Below, one piece after another: positions 9,133 through 19,164 of a DNA stretch of 64,000 bases. The notes beneath the pieces are model-generated. The model did not search any database and was not told the DNA's origin. It saw only the letters and a list, made by a program, of their open reading frames with translations. Source of the stretch: a virus (lineage: Duplodnaviria; Heunggongvirae; Uroviricota; Caudoviricetes). The stretch's first letter is position 1. Each line of letters starts with the position of its first letter. The stretch lies in the IMG/VR virus record IMGVR_UViG_3300028610_001217; one strand, written 5' to 3'. The position numbers and the translations under genes are program-made.

Positions 9133-10612
9133 CAGATTTTAAGGCACTAAGGACTGCACTTTTCATTACCTTAACTGCTTCGACCAACTCTTCCTTGCCG
9201 TCAGGTTGAGGTGTTTTCGGTTCTTCCTTGGGTTCTGTTTTAGGCTTAGGTTTCGGCTTAGGTTTAGTAGTCGCTACACCTTCCTCAGGCACTTCTGCGG
9301 CAGCCGGAATAACCCTATCTTCGTCTTCAGGAGCCATAGGTAAACCAGCAACATCCCGTAAGTAATTTTCAAGCTCGACATCACCTTGCAGGTTAATCCC
9401 TACGCCAGTAAGGTTGCCAAGATAAGCACCGAGTTCAGCTAAGTCTGGCGTTTCAATATCGCCCGGAACTAACTTCGGTAGTTCCTCAAGGTTTTCGCCG
9501 TTAAGTTCAAACAACCGTGGTATTGCGTGCCGGTTAAATACGTCCGCAATCATATTAGTCCAAGCACCAATAGCGGCGGCAAACATCTCAGTCTTAGAGC
9601 TACTAAGGGCAAATGAGCCTACCGACTTCGTGCCCAAGAAGATAAAGTCCGCTAATACTGTCATCGCAATACGCTGGTCATAGCGATTGATAATCGCCTC
9701 TGTATCAAAATTCCGCTTACCGCCTGAATTGAGCAATGCAAGCTCTAATAGTTTGTTGTTGTTATCATCGAAAATAGCGGGAAGGACTACGCCCTCCTGC
9801 TCGTCACGCTTAATGTTTTGCACAATAGTTTTGGCATCTGCATAAGCGTTTTTTAGCCCTTGCGGAGCATTAGCATCCGTCCATTCTGACGGAACAGTTA
9901 AAACCGGGAAGCCAGCCAAATCACGTTCAATGCCGATAGCTTCAAAAGTTTGAATGCGCTTCTTTAGGAACCAGGATTGATATATGCTCCTCAAGATAGA
10001 TTCACCTTCAGGGCTACCCTTATGAACGCTCGTTCGGAACAATAGCGCCTTTGTTATTGGGATCGTAAGAAGTTGGTATTCAGGCGGTGGGTTTTGAATC
10101 ATGGCATTTACTCCGCCCTCATCATCCATTTCCCAGTGATCTAGTGAGTCCTGTGACCGAATAGGCAATTTCCGCCAACCAATTTTCCCGTCATTAAACC
10201 GGCTGCGCTTACTTGCGTTCTTATCCCGCCCGTTTCTAAACTTATAGACAATCTCATGATATGACCAGCCCCAAGGTAGGAATGATAGAATTTCAGCCAA
10301 AGTATCTTCCCAGGATTGTGACATATCATTAATAACGCCCTCCATAAACTCCTTAGCTTCAATATCCTTAGGGTCATCGCTTGCTGCTTGAAACGTCCAG
10401 GGGACTTGCCGAATAAGCATCTCAATAGCAAAAAGGATAGCACCAATTGTGGGGTCATTGGCTTGCATTTCTTTATAAACCCTGCGTCGTTCAGTTTCAC
10501 TTTGAAGCTGCCGTAACTGCTCCTCAAAAAGCCGACCATCAAAAATATTTAGGCCGGTTTTGCCGACCTCACCTGTATCGAGCTTCAATACTCTATCTTT
10601 TTTGTCCGTCAT
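9125..10612 (-). CDS. portal protein
   Basis: 495 aa, immediately downstream of terL and upstream of the MuF gene. C-terminal low-complexity tail KPKPKPKPKTEPKEEPK. Confidence 0.7.
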   Translation of the reverse strand: MTDKKDRVLKLDTGEVGKTGLNIFDGRLFEEQLRQLQSETERRRVYKEMQANDPTIGAILFAIEMLIRQVPWTFQAASDDPKDIEAKEFMEGVINDMSQSWEDTLAEILSFLPWGWSYHEIVYKFRNGRDKNASKRSRFNDGKIGWRKLPIRSQDSLDHWEMDDEGGVNAMIQNPPPEYQLLTIPITKALLFRTSVHKGSPEGESILRSIYQSWFLKKRIQTFEAIGIERDLAGFPVLTVPSEWTDANAPQGLKNAYADAKTIVQNIKRDEQEGVVLPAIFDDNNNKLLELALLNSGGKRNFDTEAIINRYDQRIAMTVLADFIFLGTKSVGSFALSSSKTEMFAAAIGAWTNMIADVFNRHAIPRLFELNGENLEELPKLVPGDIETPDLAELGAYLGNLTGVGINLQGDVELENYLRDVAGLPMAPEDEDRVIPAAAEVPEEGVATTKPKPKPKPKTEPKEEPKTPQPDGKEELVEAVKVMKSAVLSALKSDE

Positions 10613-10624
10613 ATTTATATTCCT

Positions 10625-12133
10625 CTAAAATACATAATTGGGACTTTCTCTTGCAAAATCTTCATTTCCACTAAGACTAACATTGGCATAACTCCTCTTG
10701 CTGCCCAACCTCACTAAGGCTTGGGACATAGCGTCAACTTGGTCATCGTGAGCACCATTAGGAAATAGCGCACACTCTTCAACAAAATCATGTGCCCACT
10801 GAGCGTTATTAGGAAGAAAAACATTACCAGCTTCAATATCCCAACTGATAGCTTGCGCTCTAGCTTCCTTACCGCCCTTGGGCTCTACAGGAATAATTCC
10901 CGGTATTTCATTTTTTAAGACCTGTATGACAGCAATGCCATTAGCCTTATCTTCAATCAATTTCCCCCTAGCTTTCGGCCACTTCCTAGTCATCATTCTG
11001 ATGGCTGCAATTGTAGCCGGGAAGTCCATTTGGTCTCGAACTTGATCTAATAAATACTTATTAGCGCCCTTACGTCCCCAAATTTGCCCTACAACATAAG
11101 AACTGGTTTTTAAATCTTTAAAAGAACAATCCCAAGACTGGATTATTTCCTCCATAGGCATAGGCGGTTCATCAAAGAATTTCCACCATGCTCGTTTTAG
11201 GATGCCACCTTCGGACGGTGATGGTCTTTGTTGGTAGAGTGACGCCCACATTCTAGCGCCATACGTGCCCTTGTAAGAACCCTTAATAGCTTGTAATCTT
11301 TCTAGTGGCCACCTTTCTTCATGAAGAGCTTCACCAACTTTCCTATGAGCCTCCTTTTGCTCTGCCATAGCAGGATAGGCAATACAATCCCACTGGTCTC
11401 CGCCGACTTTTTGTGCCTCAAGTAACCTACCTGGTAGGTCATCTTCGTTCCACCTTGTTACGCACAAGAGGACGCCACCACCTGGGCTTAACCTGGTATA
11501 AGCTGTAGATAAATACCATTCCCACGTTTTCTCGCGGTAGGTTGTACTGTCAGCTTGTTCCGCATCTTTTATGGGGTCATCTAAAATAAGAATATCAGCG
11601 CCCATCCCAGTAATACCGCCACCGACGCCGGTACTACGATACATACCATGGTGTCCCACTATTTCAAAAATATCGGTAGTCCGCAAATAACCCCTAGCGC
11701 CACTGTGATTAATTCTCCGCATTTTAGTGCCAGCTAACATAGTGTCAGGAAATAGGTTTTTGTATTCTTCGGAATCTATAATGCGTTGAACGTTCCGGTT
11801 AATACCGGCGGCAAAATCAGCCCCATAGCTTGTAGCTATAATCTGGAGGTCCGGATTTAGCCCGAACGCCAAAGCAGGCAAACGCCTAGAAACCAGCTCC
11901 GTTTTTCCGTGCCGTGGCGGCATAAATATCATCAATCGCGGCGAGCGCTTAGCCTCCACATCTTTTAAAAACTGATCTAAGCGTTCAGCTATCTCCTCGT
12001 GAACCCAACCGGCTTGGTAATCCGGCTTGGTGTAATGAGTAAAATGAAGTAGCTTACGGCTAGCTCTTGCTCTTTTTACTTCCGTTAGCCCGACTGCTAT
12101 TTCTTTTTGCACCCTGCTTGTTGCCGTTGACAT
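10625..12133 (-). CDS. terL: terminase large subunit
   Basis: 502 aa. N-terminal ATPase region with MPPRHGKTE (P-loop-like) and LILDD (Walker B-like). C-terminal nuclease-like Asp cluster (FPNGAHDDQVDAMSQAL). Gene order TerS, TerL, portal. Confidence 0.85.
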   Translation of the reverse strand: MSTATSRVQKEIAVGLTEVKRARASRKLLHFTHYTKPDYQAGWVHEEIAERLDQFLKDVEAKRSPRLMIFMPPRHGKTELVSRRLPALAFGLNPDLQIIATSYGADFAAGINRNVQRIIDSEEYKNLFPDTMLAGTKMRRINHSGARGYLRTTDIFEIVGHHGMYRSTGVGGGITGMGADILILDDPIKDAEQADSTTYREKTWEWYLSTAYTRLSPGGGVLLCVTRWNEDDLPGRLLEAQKVGGDQWDCIAYPAMAEQKEAHRKVGEALHEERWPLERLQAIKGSYKGTYGARMWASLYQQRPSPSEGGILKRAWWKFFDEPPMPMEEIIQSWDCSFKDLKTSSYVVGQIWGRKGANKYLLDQVRDQMDFPATIAAIRMMTRKWPKARGKLIEDKANGIAVIQVLKNEIPGIIPVEPKGGKEARAQAISWDIEAGNVFLPNNAQWAHDFVEECALFPNGAHDDQVDAMSQALVRLGSKRSYANVSLSGNEDFARESPNYVF

Positions 12134-12671
12134 TTTCCACCGCCTGCGCCTCGGCCACCAACCTCTGGAGTTCCTGATCTAACTCCTCGTCTGTGAAATC
12201 ATCATATTTATGATGTAAGTGATCGATCGTTCCAGTATGTTCAACTTTGTCTTTAAGCATCCCGAAGATCCGGGTGAGTAATTCCAGCGCCGGTTTTTTA
12301 TCATAGAGCTTAATTTTCATTCTGCCGGTGGGTGAGATATTTATCTCCTGGACACAAGATGCCAACTCTTCGCTAAGTGTTTTTGAGTCTTTAACTTTAA
12401 CACCATTATTATCCCAAGAAACAAAGTCGTTCATGCTAGTGAAGGCTATCTTGCCTAACTCAATAAGAACCTTTTCCTCGCTAACCTCGCCTTTGCCAAT
12501 TCTCTTTTTGATGGCCTCAGCAAGTGCGGTTTGAACTACTGGAGTGGCAATCATTTCATAATAACCATCAATGTAGCCAGCTTCATCGGCTGCACGCTTA
12601 ATATCAAAGTGGTCTAAGTATTCATTAATAAATATTTGTTGTTGTGGTGTTAGAACTTTCTTTTCATTCAT
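12060..12671 (-). CDS. terS: terminase small subunit
   Basis: 203 aa. LTPQQQIFINEYL...IKRAADEAGYI resembles the Terminase_2 (P27-like) small-subunit N-terminus. Overlaps the terL start. Confidence 0.6.
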   Translation of the reverse strand: MNEKKVLTPQQQIFINEYLDHFDIKRAADEAGYIDGYYEMIATPVVQTALAEAIKKRIGKGEVSEEKVLIELGKIAFTSMNDFVSWDNNGVKVKDSKTLSEELASCVQEINISPTGRMKIKLYDKKPALELLTRIFGMLKDKVEHTGTIDHLHHKYDDFTDEELDQELQRLVAEAQAVENVNGNKQGAKRNSSRANGSKKSKS

Positions 12672-13354
12672 CTTGTTGTCCTTAATGCCTCGAAAGCCTC
12701 AGCCGACTTAAACCCGCATTCACTTCCCCTGACTATGGCAAGTGCTTCTAGATTATTTAAGCTTCTTGGGTGCGGCTCTTCCCTAACTTCTGTATCATAA
12801 AGGGCCATTGCAGTTAATTTACTATTTATAGTTCCATGAACATCAATATAATGATTAGGGCGAAAGTCACCGTGCGAGCCATAAGCCCACTCGGTACTAG
12901 AGGGAACCTCATATTGGTATATCTCCCTCACGTTGCAAGAGCATGGCCTTGTGGCCGTTATAGTTGCGTAAGCTACCATCCTATGATCAACGTTCAAATC
13001 CTTCGAAGAATGAGTAAATATAATTTCCGGTTGAATGGCCTCAATTACTGCCTCTATTCTCTTTACTATATCTAGCAGAGGAATTGAGTCAAATTTGTTG
13101 TCCGGTAGAACATTGTGTTCTTCTGAGTCTAAAATAGGGAAAGCCCCTAATAACCTACAAACATTACCTTGTGCTTGTTTTAGCATTTCTTCTTCTTCGG
13201 GGTCAATTGCCCCCCTAGCCGCAAGCCCATTCCCGAGCCAAAATATATGAACCCGCTCCCCTTCCATCGTAAATCGTTTAATAGTAGCCCCGCACCCTAA
13301 CACCTCATCATCAGGGTGAGCCGCTATTACTAGAATATCTTGCATTATACTCAT
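12668..13354 (-). CDS. PIG-L/LmbE family N-acetylsugar deacetylase
   Basis: VIAAHPDDEVLGCG motif near the N-terminus; 228 aa. Confidence 0.75.
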   Translation of the reverse strand: MSIMQDILVIAAHPDDEVLGCGATIKRFTMEGERVHIFWLGNGLAARGAIDPEEEEMLKQAQGNVCRLLGAFPILDSEEHNVLPDNKFDSIPLLDIVKRIEAVIEAIQPEIIFTHSSKDLNVDHRMVAYATITATRPCSCNVREIYQYEVPSSTEWAYGSHGDFRPNHYIDVHGTINSKLTAMALYDTEVREEPHPRSLNNLEALAIVRGSECGFKSAEAFEALRTTR

Positions 13355-13355
13355 G

Positions 13356-14018
13356 TTATTTTCCCCCGTCGGACAATAAAAATTCCGCCCATAATAAATC
13401 CAATTCTGTATCTATGTCAACCGCTTTTTCTTCTGGTAAATAATATGGAGATGTCCTCATTTTAATCCAATCATCTACTTCTAAGAACTTATCTGTATTA
13501 CACATAATTATGCTGCCGTCGTGTTTACCTAAGAACCCTAAGTCTTGCCTCTTAGTTTTGTAGCCTATCGGACTATCAGGCATTAGGTAATTTCCTTCTG
13601 CCCTCAACGCCCACTGCGGGGGATATTCATAGTCAGTTACTGACATTAAGCAATCTAAGTTCAAGTGTTCGAAGTCTAAGTGTGCATATTGAATCATTGC
13701 TGAATCCCTAAACGGGCTAGTAGGTGAAAGCATTGCAAAACTATCTGGCCTCATTTGCTCAACGATATCTGTACAAACTTCAAATATTGTTGAAAGTGGT
13801 TTAGCGTAATCAGGTGGCCTATTATGTAGGATACATCCAAATTCTGCAGCTAATGATAAAATTTCACTACTATCTGAGGAAACGACTACCTTTTCGAAAA
13901 CCTCGCTATCTATGGCCGCTTCAATGGTCCACTGCACGAGCGGCTTACCGCCTAAAAGCCTCATGTTTTTACCGGGTACGCGCTCGCTCGTACCTTTAGC
14001 TGGAATCAGAGCAATCAA
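13356..14018 (-). CDS. nonulosonic acid cytidylyltransferase (CMP-NeuAc/CMP-Pse synthetase family, PseF-like)
   Basis: ALIPAKGTSERVPGKN N-terminal motif typical of CMP-sialic acid/CMP-Kdo synthetases. The apparent start codon is TTG. Confidence 0.7.
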   Translation of the reverse strand: MIALIPAKGTSERVPGKNMRLLGGKPLVQWTIEAAIDSEVFEKVVVSSDSSEILSLAAEFGCILHNRPPDYAKPLSTIFEVCTDIVEQMRPDSFAMLSPTSPFRDSAMIQYAHLDFEHLNLDCLMSVTDYEYPPQWALRAEGNYLMPDSPIGYKTKRQDLGFLGKHDGSIIMCNTDKFLEVDDWIKMRTSPYYLPEEKAVDIDTELDLLWAEFLLSDGGK

Positions 14019-14188
14019 TTCCTACTCCCCATGACTGTTGTATAACAACGATCGCAAACTTGAACCATTGGGCCGTCTTTATAAATTGAACCTCCAAATA
14101 CTTCTTCAGCTTCTGCATCACGTTCTTCTTCGCCCCAGGCAGCTTCATGCGTTTCCTTACATATAAAGCAAGTAAATGTTCGTATCAT
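14015..14188 (-). CDS. small CxxC...CxxC zinc-ribbon protein (55 aa)
   Basis: Hand translation: MIRTFTCFICKETHEAAWGEEERDAEAEEVFGGSIYKDGPMVQVCDRCYTTVMGSRN. ATGA overlap with the upstream wbqC-like stop. Confidence 0.35.
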   Translation of the reverse strand: MIRTFTCFICKETHEAAWGEEERDAEAEEVFGGSIYKDGPMVQVCDRCYTTVMGSRN

Positions 14189-14886
14189 GTAACCCCCCTA
14201 AGTATTCTTAAACTATTTGGGCCTTCATTCATCAAAAGGTCGATGATGCACATTCCCTCTTCGAAATTTGGATATACTTGTTCATAAACCGGATGATTAT
14301 AACCTTGAAATACCGTTTCAACTCCGATGGCCTTAAGCCCTTCAATATCCGTATAGGGTTCAGCACCAGCCCCGACTAAGAAGATTTCAACACCTGGTAT
14401 CTTGTCGCACATATCAACAACCCGTTCGCAACCAACACCAAAAATACTCAATGAATAAGCTTGCAATATTCTGGTGGTTATCCCTAGTTGAGTTAGCACC
14501 CAACGGAGCATAGTTTGATTTATTCTGGAGAGATGACCCCACGGAGTTGCGTAAATGGTTTCAAGTTGCGGGTAATATAAATCAAAGAACTTCGCTTTGT
14601 TGTAAGCAAGTTCTATCGCCTTTAAATGCTTACGTCTCCAGTCCGTGGAATTATCTATTTCTATGTCTATGAACTGTTTATCTCGGTATCCCTTGCTAAG
14701 AACTGGAACCGTAAGCCATTGCCAGCCGTGTTTGGTGCGAATCTTGTTGCGGTTATTGAAGCTTCTAGGGGCATATTGAACTGTATCCAATATTACAAAG
14801 ACGTCGGCTTGAGCAATTTTATTTATTGAACCCAACCAACCAGACAGATAAAGTGGTTGCTGTGATACCAATATCACACGAAACAC
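14185..14886 (-). CDS. WbqC-like family protein
   Basis: N-terminus LVSQQPLYLSGWLGSINKIAQADVFVILDTVQYAPRSFNNRNKI...WLTVP matches the WbqC family pattern. Confidence 0.6.
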   Translation of the reverse strand: MFRVILVSQQPLYLSGWLGSINKIAQADVFVILDTVQYAPRSFNNRNKIRTKHGWQWLTVPVLSKGYRDKQFIDIEIDNSTDWRRKHLKAIELAYNKAKFFDLYYPQLETIYATPWGHLSRINQTMLRWVLTQLGITTRILQAYSLSIFGVGCERVVDMCDKIPGVEIFLVGAGAEPYTDIEGLKAIGVETVFQGYNHPVYEQVYPNFEEGMCIIDLLMNEGPNSLRILRGVT

Positions 14887-15039
14887 CCCGGCTCAGTGCT
14901 CATCCAGTGGAGTAATCGCTTAGTGCAATCAGGGCAAACATGATTAAAGTTAACGGTTTCTTCAACACTAAAGATGCTGAATAAACCATCCCCCGGTTGA
15001 GCAGGTCTTTCCATATCTGCTCCGCATTTAGCGCAACTA

Positions 15040-15801
15040 TTAGAGCTCAGCAAAACTAATCGAACCTCCCCATGGTAGACGCTCGACTTTAAGGTTGTTG
15101 ATATCTAGTTCTTCCAAAACAGCCCGAGTTTCCCCCGGCCATGCCCTTAAGTTAAGTTCATCGAAAGCTATAATTGCACCTTTAGGCATTCTGGGAACTA
15201 AATGTTGGAGAGCCGTTTTTGTGGGGGCATATATATCGAAGTCGCAGAATAAAGTTGAGATTATTAAGTGCTGATTATTCTTGATATACTCTGGGATAGT
15301 TTCGCAAGCATCCCCTTTAACGATTTCAACTTTTGGCAGGTGCCCAATTGTGCGATTCTTGTCATATAGTTTAACCGCCTGCTCTATCGTTGCCTTACTA
15401 TCTACCTTGAAGCCGTCTTCTTTGGCCTCAACAGATTTACCTTCAGCTATGTCTTGAACTGATAATTGCGTAATACCATCAAAAGTATCGAACCCAATAA
15501 TTTGACGTTGCATATTTACCGGCTCCATGATAGCAGAAAGATGCGCCCACCAAAGTAATCCACCACCGAATAATACCCCGCACTCAACAATTGAACCTTG
15601 AACATTTAAGGCTCGCTTGAATATTTCGTACTTAGTTAAGTAACGTGTTAAGTCTTGCCTTGCCGTAAATAGTGGAAAGTTTTGCATTTTCTCATAACCA
15701 GAATATTCGCAATCGGTGATAAATTGCTCCATTTCCCCCGAATATGATTGTTCTTCTGTTGACCTAGTTGATTCTGAGAATCTGTACGCTTTCTCCGTCA
15801 T
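15040..15801 (-). CDS. TylF/MycF-family SAM-dependent O-methyltransferase
   Basis: GSIVECGVLFGGG motif and macrocin-O-methyltransferase-like size and arrangement. Confidence 0.65.
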   Translation of the reverse strand: MTEKAYRFSESTRSTEEQSYSGEMEQFITDCEYSGYEKMQNFPLFTARQDLTRYLTKYEIFKRALNVQGSIVECGVLFGGGLLWWAHLSAIMEPVNMQRQIIGFDTFDGITQLSVQDIAEGKSVEAKEDGFKVDSKATIEQAVKLYDKNRTIGHLPKVEIVKGDACETIPEYIKNNQHLIISTLFCDFDIYAPTKTALQHLVPRMPKGAIIAFDELNLRAWPGETRAVLEELDINNLKVERLPWGGSISFAEL

Positions 15802-16625
15802 TAACCCCCCAATAGCCCTAATTGCTTCAAGTAATAGTCTGTGCCGTTACCTCTAACTTTTCGGTAAGCAGCTGCGGTCATTTGACTTCTCACCCTTGAG
15901 TTTTTTAGTCTATTAATATTCCCAACTATCCGCTCAACCGGGATTTCCCTAATCCACCCCAAGCTTACTGCTGCCCCCGCTTTATTAAGCTTCATACAAT
16001 TAACAGTTTGTTCGGGTGAATCAGTAACCAGTAAGCTGGGTACACCTAATAAAGCCAACTCCCACGCCGTAATCCCCCCCGCGCTAATCGCGATATCTGA
16101 TGACTGCATATTAGTAATTATATCTGCGCCGCCAGGATCAACTCTTTGTAACCCTAATTCATCCAAAGCTGAGTCAACGGTATCAGAAAAACTATCATCA
16201 ACCCTAACAAATACACGTTTAATTTGCGGCCTAACCCTGAATGGCCTCTTTCTCGCTTTCCAAATGTCCTCGCGGAACATTGGGTCTGCATTATCGTCAA
16301 TAGCGACTACCTTCAGTTCATGACCCATTAACTTTGCGCAGTAATCAAGCCCTAGCTTGTAACTGTCAACAACGATATACTCTGCATGAAAACCCTTAGC
16401 TATCCCAACTGTTTGACCCACGTCATGATCAGCGTCTATCAAAACACAAAACATGCCCGCATCATTTATAAGTTCGCTGATGAACTCAGTATTCTGACCC
16501 ATTATAAATACGGGGGTAGCATTCTTAGCTCTAATTGCCTGAGCTAAAGCAAAGCACCGCATAGCATGACCTTGGCCGAACTTTTGGCCGTCGTCGGCGT
16601 CGCACCGAATTGCGATGTTACTCAT
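15801..16625 (-). CDS. PseG-like UDP-sugar hydrolase (UDP-2,4-diacetamido-2,4,6-trideoxy-L-altropyranose hydrolase family)
   Basis: IAIRCDADDGQKFGQGHAMRCFALAQAI matches the PseG/SpsG N-terminal signature. Confidence 0.65.
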   Translation of the reverse strand: MSNIAIRCDADDGQKFGQGHAMRCFALAQAIRAKNATPVFIMGQNTEFISELINDAGMFCVLIDADHDVGQTVGIAKGFHAEYIVVDSYKLGLDYCAKLMGHELKVVAIDDNADPMFREDIWKARKRPFRVRPQIKRVFVRVDDSFSDTVDSALDELGLQRVDPGGADIITNMQSSDIAISAGGITAWELALLGVPSLLVTDSPEQTVNCMKLNKAGAAVSLGWIREIPVERIVGNINRLKNSRVRSQMTAAAYRKVRGNGTDYYLKQLGLLGG

Positions 16626-17260
16626 GGCTTACCCTTATAGGCGTAGCAACAAAAATCAGCATCATCAGGATCTATGTAGTCCGTTCTTAAGACAACATAT
16701 GGTGTCATAGTATAAAGATAGCCTAGTATTGAATGGGGTGACAACCAAGTAACCCCAGGTATTTTTTCAGTTCTCATCATACCTGACCAAACTGAAGTAA
16801 ACGCTACTGCAAACTTAGATAGCCTAGCCATATGACTGATTAACTCTAAAACCTTTTTGCCGCCCTCTTCGTTGTTGGGTAACTTATAGAAAATGCCTTG
16901 AGCTAACACCACGTCATATTGCTTTTGGCCGCCGGTTAACAAATCTACTGGCCAATACGTCTCTAGGTCGGCATGAATAAGGTTAAGGTCATGGTTTTCC
17001 TTATTACCAACTTGAATTGCCCTCAGAGAAATATCTATGCCGGTGTAGTTGCTGACCGTCATACCCCTAGTTGAAAGATAACGCCCCAGCCCACCATAAT
17101 TACAGCCCACGTCTAGAACGCTCTTACCATTCAGATCGCAAACTTCACTCAATGCCTTATACCGGGCATCTAACAAGCGCTGATTACCGGCATCCACTGC
17201 TTTAGGCGTTGCGCCATGCTTCATTGCAAGCTTATCATAGAACTTAGCTATGTCAGTCAT
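16622..17260 (-). CDS. class I SAM-dependent methyltransferase
   Basis: VLDVGCNYGGLGRYL motif I. Confidence 0.6.
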   Translation of the reverse strand: MTDIAKFYDKLAMKHGATPKAVDAGNQRLLDARYKALSEVCDLNGKSVLDVGCNYGGLGRYLSTRGMTVSNYTGIDISLRAIQVGNKENHDLNLIHADLETYWPVDLLTGGQKQYDVVLAQGIFYKLPNNEEGGKKVLELISHMARLSKFAVAFTSVWSGMMRTEKIPGVTWLSPHSILGYLYTMTPYVVLRTDYIDPDDADFCCYAYKGKP

Positions 17261-17444
17261 TTTGTGGCATCAATTCAATTAGCACCGTTCTTATTAACTC
17301 AAATGCTTCAACCCTGTTAAATCCTGCGTTCATATATTCTACGAACATTTCGTGTAACTGAACTGCGGCTATCTTCAATTCCGTTATTCCAAATTCTTCT
17401 TCATTTTCAGGCAATGCATTCCCCCAATACTCTGACGACTTCAT
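17253..17444 (-). CDS. hypothetical small protein
   Basis: 63-aa ORF inside the sugar island. Confidence 0.3.
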   Translation of the reverse strand: MKSSEYWGNALPENEEEFGITELKIAAVQLHEMFVEYMNAGFNRVEAFELIRTVLIELMPQND

Positions 17445-18402
17445 TCTGCTCTTCTTTGGTTATTGTAACGTAATACGGCAGCGAAATTATATGCCTAAAT
17501 GCCTCGTCAACTTCTGGCAAATCCTTAGGCCAATCAACCCACAGTCGATAATCAGTTACAGGTGCCATTGCCATTACGCCGCGCTCTTGCATGGCTGCAA
17601 CAACGTCAGTCGTTAGGTGATGTTTCTCCAGCCTTACCGTGTACCTATAAGGTAATTTGGCATTACAAGCTTGATAGTTCTCTAGCAGTGGATCATAATA
17701 GTCGGCCACCTTACGTTTTAAGTCCATCTCCCAAATAAGCTTTGACATCTTACTAAGGGCAATCGCAGCACCTACATCGTTGAAAAGGTCATTTTGCTTT
17801 AACGATGGTGGCTTATTACCGTAAGTCCTGAGGTCTTTGACTTTATCGATTAGCTCCTCGCTGCCACTTACAATGCCCCCGCCAGTTGAACCTATAAATT
17901 TAGTGGGATAAAAGCTTGTGATAGCCAAATCAGCAGTTTGCTCGACTAAGGTATGACACATATCCTCAATAACTGGAATGCCTAGATTCCTCAGCGGCTT
18001 AATCTTGGCCTCATGCCCAAACATGTGAACCGCTATAATGGCACGAGTTTTAGGCGTTACTTTAGCCGTTACCGAGTACGGATCAAGGCAAAGTGTATCG
18101 CCATCTATATCGGCTAACACCGGAACAGCCCCGATCGTGAGGATTGCATTGTGCAACGCAACACAATTGTAAGCTGATATAATTACTTCGTCACCCGCTA
18201 GTACCCCTAGCGCCTTTAAACCCAACCTGAGCGCTGTCAGGCCGCTGGAGACAGTAGCAGAAGCTGTTGCCTTAACCGATTTAGCCCATACATATTCAAG
18301 TGTTTCGCACGCAGGCCCAGAAGCCAAGAAACCGCTGGCTATAACCTCTTGAGCGGCCAACATTTCCGCCTCACCGAAAAGCGGTTTATTGTGGGGTATC
18401 AT
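17407..18402 (-). CDS. DegT/DnrJ/EryC1/StrS-family PLP-dependent sugar aminotransferase
   Basis: 331 aa; N-terminus MIPHNKPLFGEAE...ASGFLASGP is typical of the family. Second aminotransferase in the island. Confidence 0.75.
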   Translation of the reverse strand: MIPHNKPLFGEAEMLAAQEVIASGFLASGPACETLEYVWAKSVKATASATVSSGLTALRLGLKALGVLAGDEVIISAYNCVALHNAILTIGAVPVLADIDGDTLCLDPYSVTAKVTPKTRAIIAVHMFGHEAKIKPLRNLGIPVIEDMCHTLVEQTADLAITSFYPTKFIGSTGGGIVSGSEELIDKVKDLRTYGNKPPSLKQNDLFNDVGAAIALSKMSKLIWEMDLKRKVADYYDPLLENYQACNAKLPYRYTVRLEKHHLTTDVVAAMQERGVMAMAPVTDYRLWVDWPKDLPEVDEAFRHIISLPYYVTITKEEQNEVVRVLGECIA

Positions 18403-18649
18403 TAGCCGCTTTCGCTAACTCTTTGATAAATAGTTCAGCAAAGCCTTCACTCTCACAACCATCTTCACAACTGCAAGCGATACACTGGATGCAATAATTT
18501 TTGTCAGCAATTTCTTTTGCGACCTTCCTAATTAAACCTTCTTCGTAAAGAGCAATATGATAATTAAGAGATCCAACAATTTTACTCAAAGTCACCCACC
18601 TTGATCTTGCCGACCGGAATACCTTCATACCACCAAACGATTCCTTCAA
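18386..18649 (-). CDS. hypothetical Cys-rich protein
   Basis: CIQCIACSCEDGCESEG cluster; 87 aa. Confidence 0.3.
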   Translation of the reverse strand: MKESFGGMKVFRSARSRWVTLSKIVGSLNYHIALYEEGLIRKVAKEIADKNYCIQCIACSCEDGCESEGFAELFIKELAKAANDTPQ

Positions 18650-19154
18650 TTCTGACCCTAGGGTTATAGATACTCCTGCAATCGTTTAATAATGTATGTA
18701 AATCGTCGAAATCTGTAGATGCGACGTACAACTCTAAGCCCTCACGCATGCGCGGATCCGAAAACAGAAATATAAATGGTTTATCTAACGTAAGCGGATT
18801 ACCCTGAATTTTGGGACCAATTGCTTCGCCCGACCATTCACCATCCGATGTATTGGTAAAGTTTGTATTATTTACTGCTACCCACATGTGTTGATCGGCG
18901 GGATCAAGTGATTCGGCATCAGTATACCAAGGATCAACTATCCCCTCTGCCTTTTGCTCCTTCCTGGGATTGCGACGTTTCTCTAATCTGACGCAACGTC
19001 CTGCCCGAATAGTCACGCGGACATTAGTGCCATCTAGTTTCTCAGTAGCCACGGCACCTTCCGGCAAGTCAACAAGTCTTTTATCGATTACATAATGCTT
19101 GCCTCGTTTGCCGTCACCATAATCTCTGTCAAAAATTGTTGGAATTTTCCTCAT
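18582..19154 (-). CDS. nucleotidyltransferase of the RNA/DNA ligase superfamily (KxDG motif)
   Basis: TEKLDGTNVRV (motif I lysine), later EGIVWW and KIKV (motif IV/V-like). Small (190 aa). Confidence 0.4.
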   Translation of the reverse strand: MRKIPTIFDRDYGDGKRGKHYVIDKRLVDLPEGAVATEKLDGTNVRVTIRAGRCVRLEKRRNPRKEQKAEGIVDPWYTDAESLDPADQHMWVAVNNTNFTNTSDGEWSGEAIGPKIQGNPLTLDKPFIFLFSDPRMREGLELYVASTDFDDLHTLLNDCRSIYNPRVRIEGIVWWYEGIPVGKIKVGDFE

Positions 19155-19164
19155 TTAACCCCCA

